A DNA stretch of 64,000 bases. It comes from Octopus vulgaris (taxonomy: Eukaryota). The notes under the pieces are model-generated. The model did no database searches, was not told the origin of the DNA, and saw nothing but the letters and a program-made list of their open reading frames with translations. Positions 53,116 through 64,000 of the stretch are shown here, piece by piece. The stretch covers positions 33,666,001-33,730,000 of the forward strand of contig OX597822.1 of NCBI GenBank assembly GCA_951406725.2, read 5' to 3'. The position numbers and the translations under genes were made by a program. Every line of letters begins with the position of its first letter. Within the stretch, counting starts at the first letter, position 1.

Positions 53116-53209
53116 GGTAAAGAATACGCACACCCGGTGTTTAGGGTTAGGGTTAAGATTTTGTATTAGGGTTTTACGCTGAAAACGGGTGGTGTGCGTA
53201 TTCTTTACC
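53116..53209. mobile_element. 94-bp MITE-like element with 19-bp perfect TIRs and internal TTAGGG repeats
   Basis: GGTAAAGAATACGCACACC (53116-53134) / GGTGTGCGTATTCTTTACC (53191-53209); the interior contains TTAGGGTTAGGGTTAAG..TTAGGG. Confidence 0.65.
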
Positions 53210-53337
53210 CCCAACATCTAAACTGCCTTGCTCAAAGACACGATGCCCCGCCTGATGCAAGAATCGAACCGACGACATTATAATCATGAGACGAGTACAT
53301 AACCATTAAGCTACACGCATTCATAAACTCAAGGTGA

Positions 53338-53456
53338 TGCTTACAAGCACCTAGGATTCCCAAGCGATCACTCCTCTAAGAAGTAATTAGGTTGGACGTT
53401 GCATAAGTTCGTTGAACCGATGAAAACCGGTGTTTTCGACAAGATATGGTGCTAAT
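53338..53456 (-). pseudogene. Degenerate full-length 5S rRNA-derived sequence
   Basis: The - strand reads CCATATC..TGTCGAAAACACCGGTTTTCATC..CGAACTTATGCAACGTC...GTGATCGCTTGGGAATCCTAGGTGCTTGTAAGCAT. It is collinear with invertebrate 5S rRNA over about 119 nt but heavily substituted. Confidence 0.8.
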
Positions 53457-54689
53457 ATCTACATAAGGCTTACGCAGATAAACAAATAAACACGCGCACA
53501 CTTCGATAAATCTCGTATTGGGTTGCTTGGTCAACTGAGATAATGCTTTTAGCCAAGTATTCCAAATACTGATTGCTTAAATACTACAATAGCAAGGCTA
53601 AATTCTTACATTATTAATAGTACATATTCCTTTGTACGCCACACACACACACAGACACACACAGATTTAGCCGGAGTAGACTATACAAGCAATGGTAAAG
53701 TTTGTGTAACAGATGTTTGTCAGGAACCAACGACGGAGCGGGACCCACTCCACCCCATCCCTTCTCTCTTTCTCTCTATGCGGCCCCTCGGTTTGCAAAC
53801 GATAGCAACCAAATAATAAAAAATAGGGGCCTGCAAGTAAATTTATTTAACGGAAACTGTATGGAAGCCAGTCGTATATAATACGTGTGTATGTATGGAT
53901 GGATGTACGTATGTATGTATGTATGTGACTTCGTGTTTGTGCGTTTCATACCACTTGGTGTTGGTTTATTTATACCCCCTGTAACTCAGCTGATCGACAA
54001 AGAGAACCGACAGAATAAGTAGCAGGCTTAAGATGAGTACAGAGGTAGAATCATATCGACTAAAACACCTTCGAGGCGGTGCCCCAGCATAGCCGCAGCC
54101 CCAGTAAAAGAGTGAATGCATTGGGAGAATGTAGTTTCATATAAGCTATACTAAATAAGACAGAATGGTCACGGTTGGAACGCTTTTGATTATAGGTCTG
54201 GTAGATGAAAGCTGTCCTGGGACCAGGCAGCAACAATTAAAACAACGAGGAAGCCGCTATGCGGTCACTTAACCAGTTAAAAATAGCAGTCGATCACATC
54301 TTACCGTCTAAAAAAAAATTAAAAAAAGGAAAAGCGAGAGAGAAAGAGAGAGACGATATCGTAATCTTGACATTGTTTCGGAATAAAAACTGTTATGTTC
54401 TTAGCTGGAACACCTTTTGAGGGTCTGATGTATCAGAGATGATCTACGGTTAAAACAGTAACAATAGATGTATTAAATTTACCAGTAGGAATACCACATG
54501 AATGAAAGTTAAAATACCGGTGACTAGCTTCGATTCGTTGATTGTAGTATTGTTAAGTCAGTCTACGTATGAACTTACGTAAATAACGCACGAGCAGACA
54601 TGAAAGTACATGATTTTATTCCCTTTCCTCTTGTTAATCTGTTGCCTTGTGATTATTATTATATAAGTAAGCATTAATCATAAGCCCCT

Positions 54690-55420
54690 GGATAAGGGAA
54701 GAGGGAGAAGCGGTATGAAAAGCCAACAGTAAAAGTGAAAGTCATGGGAGTTTAAAAGGAGGGGATAGATAGACAAGCGGTGAAAGAGATAAAAACGAGA
54801 GAGAGATATAATGCCTGACAGATGAATAAGGGAAAAGCTGGGCAAAGAGAGAATCGAGGGGAATGAAAGAGGGGATATGAGGGAATACAATTTGTGAATG
54901 CCAAAGAAAGCAGGCAGAGAGAGACAGAGAGAGAGAGGAATTTGAGGAAAGAAAAATTGATATATAAAGAGAAAAATGTGACTAACAGAGGTGGAGGGGA
55001 GTGAGAAATACAGAAAGACTGTGAGATGTTAGAGAGCAGAAAGATGGGTAGAGAAAGATATAAAGGACTAACAGAGGGGGAGAGAAAAATAAAGATACTG
55101 TAAAGAATTAGAGATAGATAGTGAGAGACAAAATAATTAATAGAAGAGGAGAGTAAAGTAGAGAGACTGGGAGGAATAAAAGTGGACAGAAAAGGAGGAA
55201 AAGAGAGAAACGACGTGGCTAACAGGAAAAAAGAAAATAGAGAGACAGAGGAATTAAAGAGAGACAGACATAAAAAGAGACGGTGACTAATAGAGAAGGA
55301 GAGAAATTAGAAAGACTGATAAGAATTGCAGAAGAGAAAGTGTGAGAGAGTGGGGGAGAGAGAAAGAGTGACTAATTGAGTCGTAGTGAAAAACAGAGAG
55401 AGTAAGAAAGCAGAATGAAG
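54690..55420 (+). repeat. Purine-rich (GA) low-complexity tract
   Basis: Several hundred bp dominated by A/G on the + strand, with recurring GTGACTAA(C/T)AG. Confidence 0.7.
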
Positions 55421-57976
55421 TGTCGGCTGTGTTGATGAGATGTGGGTGTTTTGAAAACAGTAGCAATGTTTTTGGAATGAAGTAATTCAGTTCTGCTTTT
55501 ATTAACTCAGCAAGCCAAAGCTGTTTAATTAATCAGCAACACAATAAAACGAGAAAAAGAAATCATTTAATTTTCGGACGTTGGCTACATAATGGTGGTG
55601 GTTGTGGTGGTGGTGATATAAGCGGGGGAGATGTTGTCGATAACAAAATGATATCGATGTAACCGAAAAGAAGCATGGACAATTTAATAATTATAATTAT
55701 TCAAGGATGGTTCCGGAAATGTTATGGAAAACAGGAGTGGGATAAACAAAAAACAACAAAGAAGACTCCGTGGGAAAAAGATATATATATATATAAAGAC
55801 CTTGCGTGTCTAAAAGATATTTTAGCGGCGTAAATTTCTCAGTGTCACCTTTCAAGTTTCTATTTGTTTTTCTAATGTCCCCAGTGAGAAAGACGCCCAA
55901 CGTGTATTCATTCCTATTTTAAAAAGGAGTATAAATTAAAAGCAATGCAGGAGATAGTTTGTTTAATGAATCTCAACATTACTTTAGTTAATTATGATTT
56001 TTTGTCTTGTTTTCGTTAGCTTTTTCTCCAAAAACCATAACATACACAGTCCTTGCATCATCTTTAATATACTTGCGCCACGACAAAAGAAAAAAAAAAA
56101 CTTGAAGAATCATATTGAGTATTTTACACCGATAAAATATGTTTTAACCTCTTTCAGTAAATAAAAAGCAAGCGAAATGTCAAATACATGACACTCATGC
56201 TTTACTCGGGAAGTATAATCGAAGTGATATTGAAACATCTCGAGTCATGACTCAACGAAGTTCGTTGGGTACGTACTTTTAAGTGAGCGACATATGATAC
56301 AAAAATGCAAGGTTTTCCCACCTAATCTTATTAGTAAGCAAACCACAAATGAATTGACGCCGGGGAGGAGAGAGACGTGTTGCTCAAAAATTGCTTTAAA
56401 GCAGGGACTCACCCTGCTTTAAAGCATGCACAGACAAGGTTCTGTACGATTTACAAACCATCCCTATAACATTATAGATATATGCAGTGCAGTGCGTGTA
56501 AAATACATAACGGATATAGTTTCGATTGGTTGGTTCAAGTAGGGGAGATATTCGTTTCCTCCTTGTTTTTTTGTCTTCCTCCTTAAATATTCGGCTTTAC
56601 GGAAGGTAATTAATACAATTCAATTTTATCAACTTGTCTTATAGAACAGGATGGTGATGTACACAGTCGGTTAAATCTTAACTCCGGAAGAATGAACGGA
56701 AAGTTGACCTCGGCGGGATTCGTTCCGATTTCAAATCCCGTCGGGGTCATCAACTTCGCTTTTCATGGTCTGACTGAGTGGGAGAAATTGCGATAAAGTT
56801 TCACTCAAAAACCAAGGTCGATTTCATTTACTAGCCCTTCCCGCAAAATGTGGCATTATGTCAATTGTTAGTAATCAATATTATCACCTATGCGGTCAAA
56901 AACGACAGCTAAATTAATCTAATAACAATTAGATGAATTTTTCCATAATTACTTATTAAAAGAATTAAAACCTTTTACGTAATGATCCCCCCTCCTAAGT
57001 TATATATTAAATGTAAACTTTTTCCTGGGTAAACATCGAAGTTGAGAAGACAGAACGAAGTAATAACAATTCCTATTTCTTTCATAGTGTAATTAAACGA
57101 AATTTTACTGAGCTTTATACATTTTTTTTTTAAGATAATAGAAACAATTATATAATTTCTTGCCAACACTTGATAATTTATTTATTTTGTTACACAGGGA
57201 AACAAGCTGAATGGATTTTTTTAAAATATATATTTAGATAGTAATTACAATTGGTACACTAGATACAGTTATGAGAGAAGATACTTCTAATAAATAAAAT
57301 AGGGACCTCTTGTACAGAAAAAAAAAATGGCTAGTGTAAATTCTGTATGAACATCACAAATCCCCATTTCCTCAAGCTCAATAAAATGCTTTTAGAAAGT
57401 CGTGGATATGAAAGGAATCTTTGTTCTTGTCCATTAAAAATTAACTTCTGAAAATATATGTATATAGATTGTGTGTGTGTATAATATACGTGTGGGTGTA
57501 TGAAGGGCTTGTGATATTTACATGGCAAGTCTGATGCCAGTTTTTCATGTGAACAAACCTTCGCTACCACAATAATGTAAACACAGCTTAGTCTTTCGCT
57601 ATTTCTTTCTCTCTATCTTTCGGATATTTGATTCTTTTTTTCTCCTTTCTCCTTCTTTCTCTCCATGTGTGTATATGTATATATATTCTTATTATTCTTT
57701 TTTTTTACTTGTTTCAATCATTTGACTGCGGCCATAATGGAGCACGACCTTAATATATATATAATGCGTTTATATTCCTATCCTTGCACTGTCTCATACC
57801 TACATACACACATATATACACTAGTTTGTGTGTTTTGTGTGTGTGTGTGTGTGTCCATAATAATCATTACCAAGCACATCAAATAATTCCTGTCAGTTTT
57901 TCAGGCTTGCATTTCATGTTCACTTTCTATCACTACTGACCGCTAATTATTGGACACTTAATTTTACACACATAAA

Positions 57977-58018
<42 letters not shown>

Positions 58019-58150
58019 AGATAAGAAAATGGAGAAATACATCTAAATCAAATATCAATTACCAGATAATACCCAATCACATACTTTATTAAACCACCAC
58101 ATAAGAGACTGTAGGGTTAAACATAAAAACATACAACCCCTATCTCAATT

Positions 58151-58198
<48 letters not shown>

Positions 58199-58749
58199 AA
58201 CGTTCATATGTGTAAGTACGTCTGTACATACACACATTCGTGAATGAAAGAAAACGAAAGAAAGAAAAAGAGAAAGATATTAGGTGTAAGTGTGTTTATA
58301 TGTATGTGGCAACTGCTGATATTGCGCATGTGGAAGTCTGCGCGTGTACAAAGCGGCGTGGGTATATATATACATAGTGATAATTGTCTATGCGTGTATA
58401 TGAGTATGTATGAGAGTAAAAATAAAAGAAAGAAAGAGTTTCTGGTCAGTCAGAAATGGCGTATGAACATACGACAAGGGCATGCCTGGACCATCTCTTC
58501 TGATGAACCCGTGCCATAAACGTCACCATTTAAAGGGGCTGACTCTTTCGGCAATTCAAATATGTGGTAATAGAGACAAGGACAAAAACAGTTCTGACTG
58601 GATTAGAATACGCAAAACTATAGCCCAGTGAATGAATACAGTGTTAATAAGAAACGAAGTCCAGAGAGCAGGAAATTAAATATATGTTTACATATAAAAT
58701 AAACGAGTGAATGAAAGTTGGTGAGGTTGGTAGGGTTGACTTAACTTAC

Positions 58750-59205
58750 CGTTGGCAGTTTACCTTCATGAAGTTCCTGAAGAGTCGGGCGTGATTTTAA
58801 CGCTGCTGTAGTTGATAAAAGATTCCTATAATGGTCCAAGTGAGGAATGGCCTCGTGTGTGTTACCTCCAAATGTCTTCAGATTGCTCGTATCGTACGAA
58901 TGAGTCCTGTAAGTGTCCGATGGACTGAAAGAAAAGGTTCCATGTGGCGAGTCAAGGATTCTCTCGCTACCGCTATCAATACTATAGCGATAGTGTTGCT
59001 GTGGAGGAGCGCTATCGTCTTCATCTTCGCACGGTTCGGCAATGGAGACACGATGCACTTTAAAACGGGACGAGCTGTTTCGTTTGGCCTCACTGGGTAG
59101 ATCTGTTAGTTCGTCCTTAGATTCTTGGACTAGAATACTGTCTCGAGGTCTCTTTTCGTGTTTCGGTGCCTCCAGAGCGATGCCTTCGCTTCTGCTGTCC
59201 GCCAT
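58750..59205 (-). CDS. SLC12A2: N-terminal coding exon of a cation-chloride cotransporter, Na-K-2Cl (NKCC) type, SLC12A1/2/3 clade; the gene continues past position 1
   Basis: ATG at 59205 in an AAAAC-ATG-G context. It translates as MADSRSEG...SSSRFKVHRVSI...DTYRTHSYDTSNLKTFGGNTHEAIPHLDHYRNLLSTTAALKSRPTLQELHEGKLPT. This matches the NKCC N-terminal regulatory region (vertebrate NKCC1 [20 protein letters not shown]...RPSLAELH) and carries the RFxV motif. The exon ends at a consensus donor ACG|GTAAGT (phase 0; 152 codons). Exact vertebrate orthology is not resolvable. Confidence 0.9.
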
Positions 59206-60187
59206 GTTTTCCCTCTGTATTATTTTTATGAGGATTTTAACGGAGAAAGACGGTGAATGCGGTCGCTTCAGTTCGTCTGTATTGATGATGTATGGTTGCG
59301 TGTATGTATGTGTTTTTTTTTGGGGGGGAAGACAAACTGTATATGTGTCTGTGTGTGTGTGTGTCAATGACGGTATATTTATGTGTGCATGTGTCTGTAT
59401 GTGTGTGTGTGTGTGTGCGTGTATCAATGACGGTATGTGTATACGTGTGTGAGTGACGGTAGATGTTTACGTGTGTGAATGACAGTATATGTGTGTGAAT
59501 GGCGGTATATGTGTGCGCGTGTTTGTGTTTGTGTGTTCGCGGAAAAAAAAAAGTGTTTATATATGTATGCGTGTTATATTGAATGGAAATTGATCGATTT
59601 TGTACGTATATCGAGGGGAAAGTATGTGTACGTGTGTGCGTGTGTGCGTAAATGAATATTAAATGATTATGTGCGTGTATGCGTTGTCCGCATTCAATGT
59701 ACAGTTGTGTCTGTGTGTCTGAGCGCGCGATTTCGTGTCTCCGTTGAGGTGTGTATTTATCCGTGGGTGTGTTTATGTGGCTGCTTCAGTCTGTATTGTA
59801 GCGTGCGTGCCTGTGGTTACGTTAGTGTGAGTGTGCCTGCATCTATGTGTGTATTTGTTCGTATGATAGATAACTATACATCTATATGATTGACTTTCTT
59901 TGTGTATAGGTTACCTTTACATGTGTGTACCTTTTGCTACATAATTGTGTGTGTATACACATGCGCGCGCGCGTGTGCGTGTGTGTGTGTGTGTGTTTAA
60001 TTAGCAATTTAGTTTATATTAATGTTTTTTTATTTCGTTGTTTTAAATATAATTGTGGTATTAAATTATCTATTTTTACCAGTTATAATAGATAAAAGTT
60101 CAATAAATTTTAATTGTTTATGTAATTGTTTTTTTTTAAATTTTTATTTCAAGTATAAGTATGTGTGTATGTATATATTGTAGGGTG

Positions 60188-60188
<1 letters not shown>

Positions 60189-60265
<77 letters not shown>

Positions 60266-60279
60266 TGTAAGTAGGTAGG

Positions 60280-60327
<48 letters not shown>

Positions 60328-60332
60328 TAGAC

Positions 60333-60400
<68 letters not shown>
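60189..60400 (+). repeat. (GATA)n/(GACA)n tetranucleotide array; similar arrays at 62605-62794, with (TATG)n at 60899-61008
   Basis: Read directly from the sequence. Confidence 0.95.
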
Positions 60401-60894
60401 GTGTGAGGAAATCTGATTATGTTTGTGAGAATGAAGGTGAGAGAAAACGGCTGAAAATAAGGAGAGAAGAGAGAGAGAATGAGAGAAAAGTGAAAGTAAT
60501 AGAGGAAAGATTCAAGAGGGAGAGAAAGAAATAGAAAGATATTACAGAGAGAGAGAGAGAGAGAATGAGAGACGAGAGATGCGAATGAGTCTCAGTTATG
60601 TCTACGTCAAAGGGAGTAATAGACTGACGAAGCTATCAATTAGTTTGTTAATCAGCCAATGTGTTAGTTTACGTCTGGTTTAGAAGTCAAGGAATTGTTG
60701 TGTTTATTGTGCAAATCTGACTTAGCGGATTACTTGGTTTGAAATGTGTTCCAAAGAAAGATAAAGAAATCAGCAGAAATAAATAGGTGCGTAAAGTAGG
60801 AGTGCAAACAGTTTTTTTTTTTTACTCCCTCTGTAATCTTCACAAGGAAAAGAAAAGAAAAACTGGTATTTTAGAAATACTTTGAAACATTTAA

Positions 60895-60927
<33 letters not shown>

Positions 60928-61098
60928 TGTATGTATGTATGTATGTATGTATGTATGTATGTATGTATGTATGTATGTATGTATGTATGTATGAATGTAT
61001 GTATGTATCTAAAGAGCGGATGTATATTGTATATAGTTTTTCCTTACAAAGTCAGCTGAGGGTTCGTCTTACCGTGCTTTTGTTTTGAGGGATGTGTG

Positions 61099-61133
<35 letters not shown>

Positions 61134-61322
61134 GCACTCAAAGGAAGACAGCCAAAATTAAGTTTCACCGGCGTGTCTCATTCCTTCCTAAAAAGCTTGC
61201 TTCTCGCCGTAATGAATGAATCAAAGAAAAAATTCACTTGCTATCGTAAAAGTCCCTTGTATTTCTCCGTGCGTGTTGATATAAAGTTTCATTAGCTCTT
61301 AACACCTAGGTAAGAACAGCTT

Positions 61323-61377
<55 letters not shown>

Positions 61378-61810
61378 ACTCGTTATTCTGGTGCGTTTTA
61401 AGTTCCGTTCTTTTCTCTCATCAATTATATTATTTCTTCAAATCTTTCATGTACATAGCAGACCTGAAGAAAAGCCTGTTTATACGTATAGACACCTTTT
61501 GCTGGTCTGTCGTTTCCAGACACCTTTTGCTGGTCTGTCGTTTCCTTCGTCGTCACCATATATTAAATATTATTCCTTTACTTTTAGACAAAACTTTCTT
61601 CTTTCTTATATTCAATTTTCTTTTCACTCTCTGTCTCCACCCTCACTGTCTACCCCTCTCCGCTCTACCCCTCTCCTTAGTTTATTTTCTTCTACGATTC
61701 TTTTACTTTCCTCGGTGTAATTTTTGTTTCGCAACTATTTCTGACTTTTAAGTGTGTATTTCCCCCCACTTTTCTTTATTTACTTGTCACTGTGCGCGCA
61801 TGAAGGTGTA

Positions 61811-61860
<50 letters not shown>

Positions 61861-62636
61861 TGTGTGTAAGTGTGTAATTGTGCGTGCGTGTCTGTATTTA
61901 CATATGCGCGCATGTTCATCCTGATGCTGTTTGATTTTTAAACATCTATAACAAAACACTGATTGTATTCAAATAGTTTGCGCGCGCAAGCACACATATA
62001 CAGACGGACATACACATTCAGACGCTCTCTCTCTCTCTCTCTCTGAAACACACACATACAAGTATATACAAGTATGCGAATGTGTACACAACGTTTAGAA
62101 TTATGTAACTGGATTACATTCGTCTGCGTGAAGAAGAGAGATAGAATGACAAAGAGATACAAAGAGGGTTTAATGTAAGAAAGATAATCAACTGTATATA
62201 AACAAATATGGATAAAATAAAAGGCCTGTATATTAACGAAAGAATGGTTTGCACAGAAATTCATACATACCTACATACAAACACACACTCATACAGACCT
62301 TGTCACATCAAAGTGACATGCGATGAAAAAATTACCGGTTAGTTTGTAAGTCTTTCATTGCGATTGACAGCTACAGGTGTTAACTTAAGGCGGAAAAAGT
62401 TTCTGTCACCCATATATGTTCATAGAAATGAAATGATTGCCTAACTTGGATTACAGACCTTCACAGAATATGCAATCATCGTTAAGTATTATTTCGTGAT
62501 GTATTATGTGAAATTCCTTCACTAATACGTCCTATTATGTGCGTGGATGTTTGTGCGTGTACATCTATCTATGTGTATGTATATAGCTAGCTAGCAAGCT
62601 AAATAGATAGATAGATAGGTACATAGATAGATAGAC

Positions 62637-62693
<57 letters not shown>

Positions 62694-62746
62694 TAAAGAG
62701 ATAGATAGACAGATAAACAGATAGATAGACAGACAGATAGATGGAC

Positions 62747-62794
<48 letters not shown>

Positions 62795-62798
62795 GTAT

Positions 62799-63181
62799 AG
62801 GCGAAGGCATAGCTGTGTGGTAAGAAGCTTCCCAACCATGTGGTTCCGGGTTCAGTCCCACTGCGTGGCACCTTGGGCAAGTGTCTTCTCCTATAGCATC
62901 GGACCGACCAAAGCCTTGTGAGTGGAATTGGTAGACGGAAACTGAAAGAAGCCGAGACTACAGTATGAATTTGTGTGTGTCTGTATTTGTCCCCCACCAT
63001 CACTTGACAGCCGATGTTGGTGTGTTTACGTCTACGTAACTTAACGGCTCGTTAAAAGAGACCGATAGAATAAGTACGAGGCTTACAATGAATAAGTCCT
63101 GGGGTCGATTTGTTCGACTAAAAGACTATGCTCCAGCATGGCCGCAATCAAATGACTGAAACGAACAAAAGAGAAAAGAGT
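62799..63181 (+). mobile_element. SINE family B upstream of the NKCC start codon
   Basis: Full-length consensus with CpGs largely retained. Confidence 0.85.
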
Positions 63182-63778
63182 ATATGTATGGGCAGAGAGA
63201 TTGAGAGAGAGAGAGTGTGTGTTTTATTCACGCTGAAAAGCACTTCACAAGCCGTTGCTCCAAGCTTTATTGCTTGAATCGCGATTTCGTGAAAATCGAA
63301 GTGACGATTTCTGAAAAATTCAATAGTTAACTCTGCGTGCGTGCATATGTGTGTGTGTGTGTGCGCGCGCATGCGTGCGTGTGTGTGTACGATGGAATTT
63401 CTCGTCGAAGACGCCGTCTGGGTGTTGAAATTTTGCCAAAAAACCAGCACAAATGATTTGTTTATAGTGATCAAGTGTATGTGTTGAACATATTTGGACT
63501 CTTTTCATTAAAACCACATCGCCTGTATGGCGGCACAAGCGTGCTGCCACACATCGGATGTCGAAATGATGGCAGAGCAACGTAAAATGAAGTATTTTGC
63601 TGAAAAACACAGCGTACTTCCCAGTTCGAGTTTCAAACCCACGACCTACTGATCGTGTTTTTACAACACCCTAACCACTAGGCCACGTGTCTCCAATCTA
63701 CACACATGCACATACACAAACACACACACATGCTCAAACACAGATATACATACATACATACATACATACATACATACA

Positions 63779-63809
<31 letters not shown>

Positions 63810-64000
63810 TTGTGTGTGAGTGTGTGTGTTTTCTGTTTTCAGTCCTTTAAATTCTTCCTCTGAAGAAGGAGCTGGTTTCTAACAAAGAAACGAAGCTCTC
63901 TCTCTCTCTCCCTCTCTTTGGAATGCAGATAAAGAAAACATGGTCACATTTTAAACATGAGAAAAGTCTTGCATAGTTTTATTGCTCTGCTTACAGATTG

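Noticed and set aside
59206-59427. Upstream extension of the 228-aa ORF (MIHAHTHTH...)
   Set aside because: It is read-through of (CA)n microsatellite from a non-ATG start. The real start is most likely the Kozak ATG at 59205.
63858-63900. CTGAAGA...GAAAC as another hammerhead
   Set aside because: No consistent stem I/II/III pairing in the required register.

Overview
AT-rich, microsatellite-saturated animal DNA. The repeat landscape strongly suggests a coleoid cephalopod (Octopus-like); this is an inference. Only one convincing host coding exon is visible: the N-terminal coding exon of a Na-K-2Cl cotransporter (SLC12A2/NKCC family) on the - strand at 58750-59205. It has an RFxV SPAK/OSR1 docking motif, the TFGxNT...HYRN...RPTLxELH regulatory segment and a GTAAGT donor. 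Positions 1-58749 therefore appear to be one very large intron. That intron contains dozens of tRNA-derived SINEs of several families, RTE and R4/Dong-type LINE fragments, three decayed mariner copies plus a mariner MITE, a hAT MITE with an 8-bp TSD, a Helitron, a Helentron-like element and a Gypsy gag fragment. It also holds a U6 snRNA pseudogene and 5S rRNA-derived sequences. The most interesting signals are: (i) several minimal type-I hammerhead ribozyme motifs of the Penelope-like kind, some inside fold-back (inverted repeat) elements set in microsatellites, including one sense to the NKCC pre-mRNA and one with a non-canonical core; (ii) a tandemly repeated 5S rRNA + tRNA-SINE composite unit; (iii) a U6-SINE junction; (iv) microsatellite-targeted retroelements; (v) a ~160-bp duplication flanking a SINE. 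Almost all ORFs in the supplied track are microsatellite or SINE artefacts. All family assignments come from by-eye recognition, with no database search.
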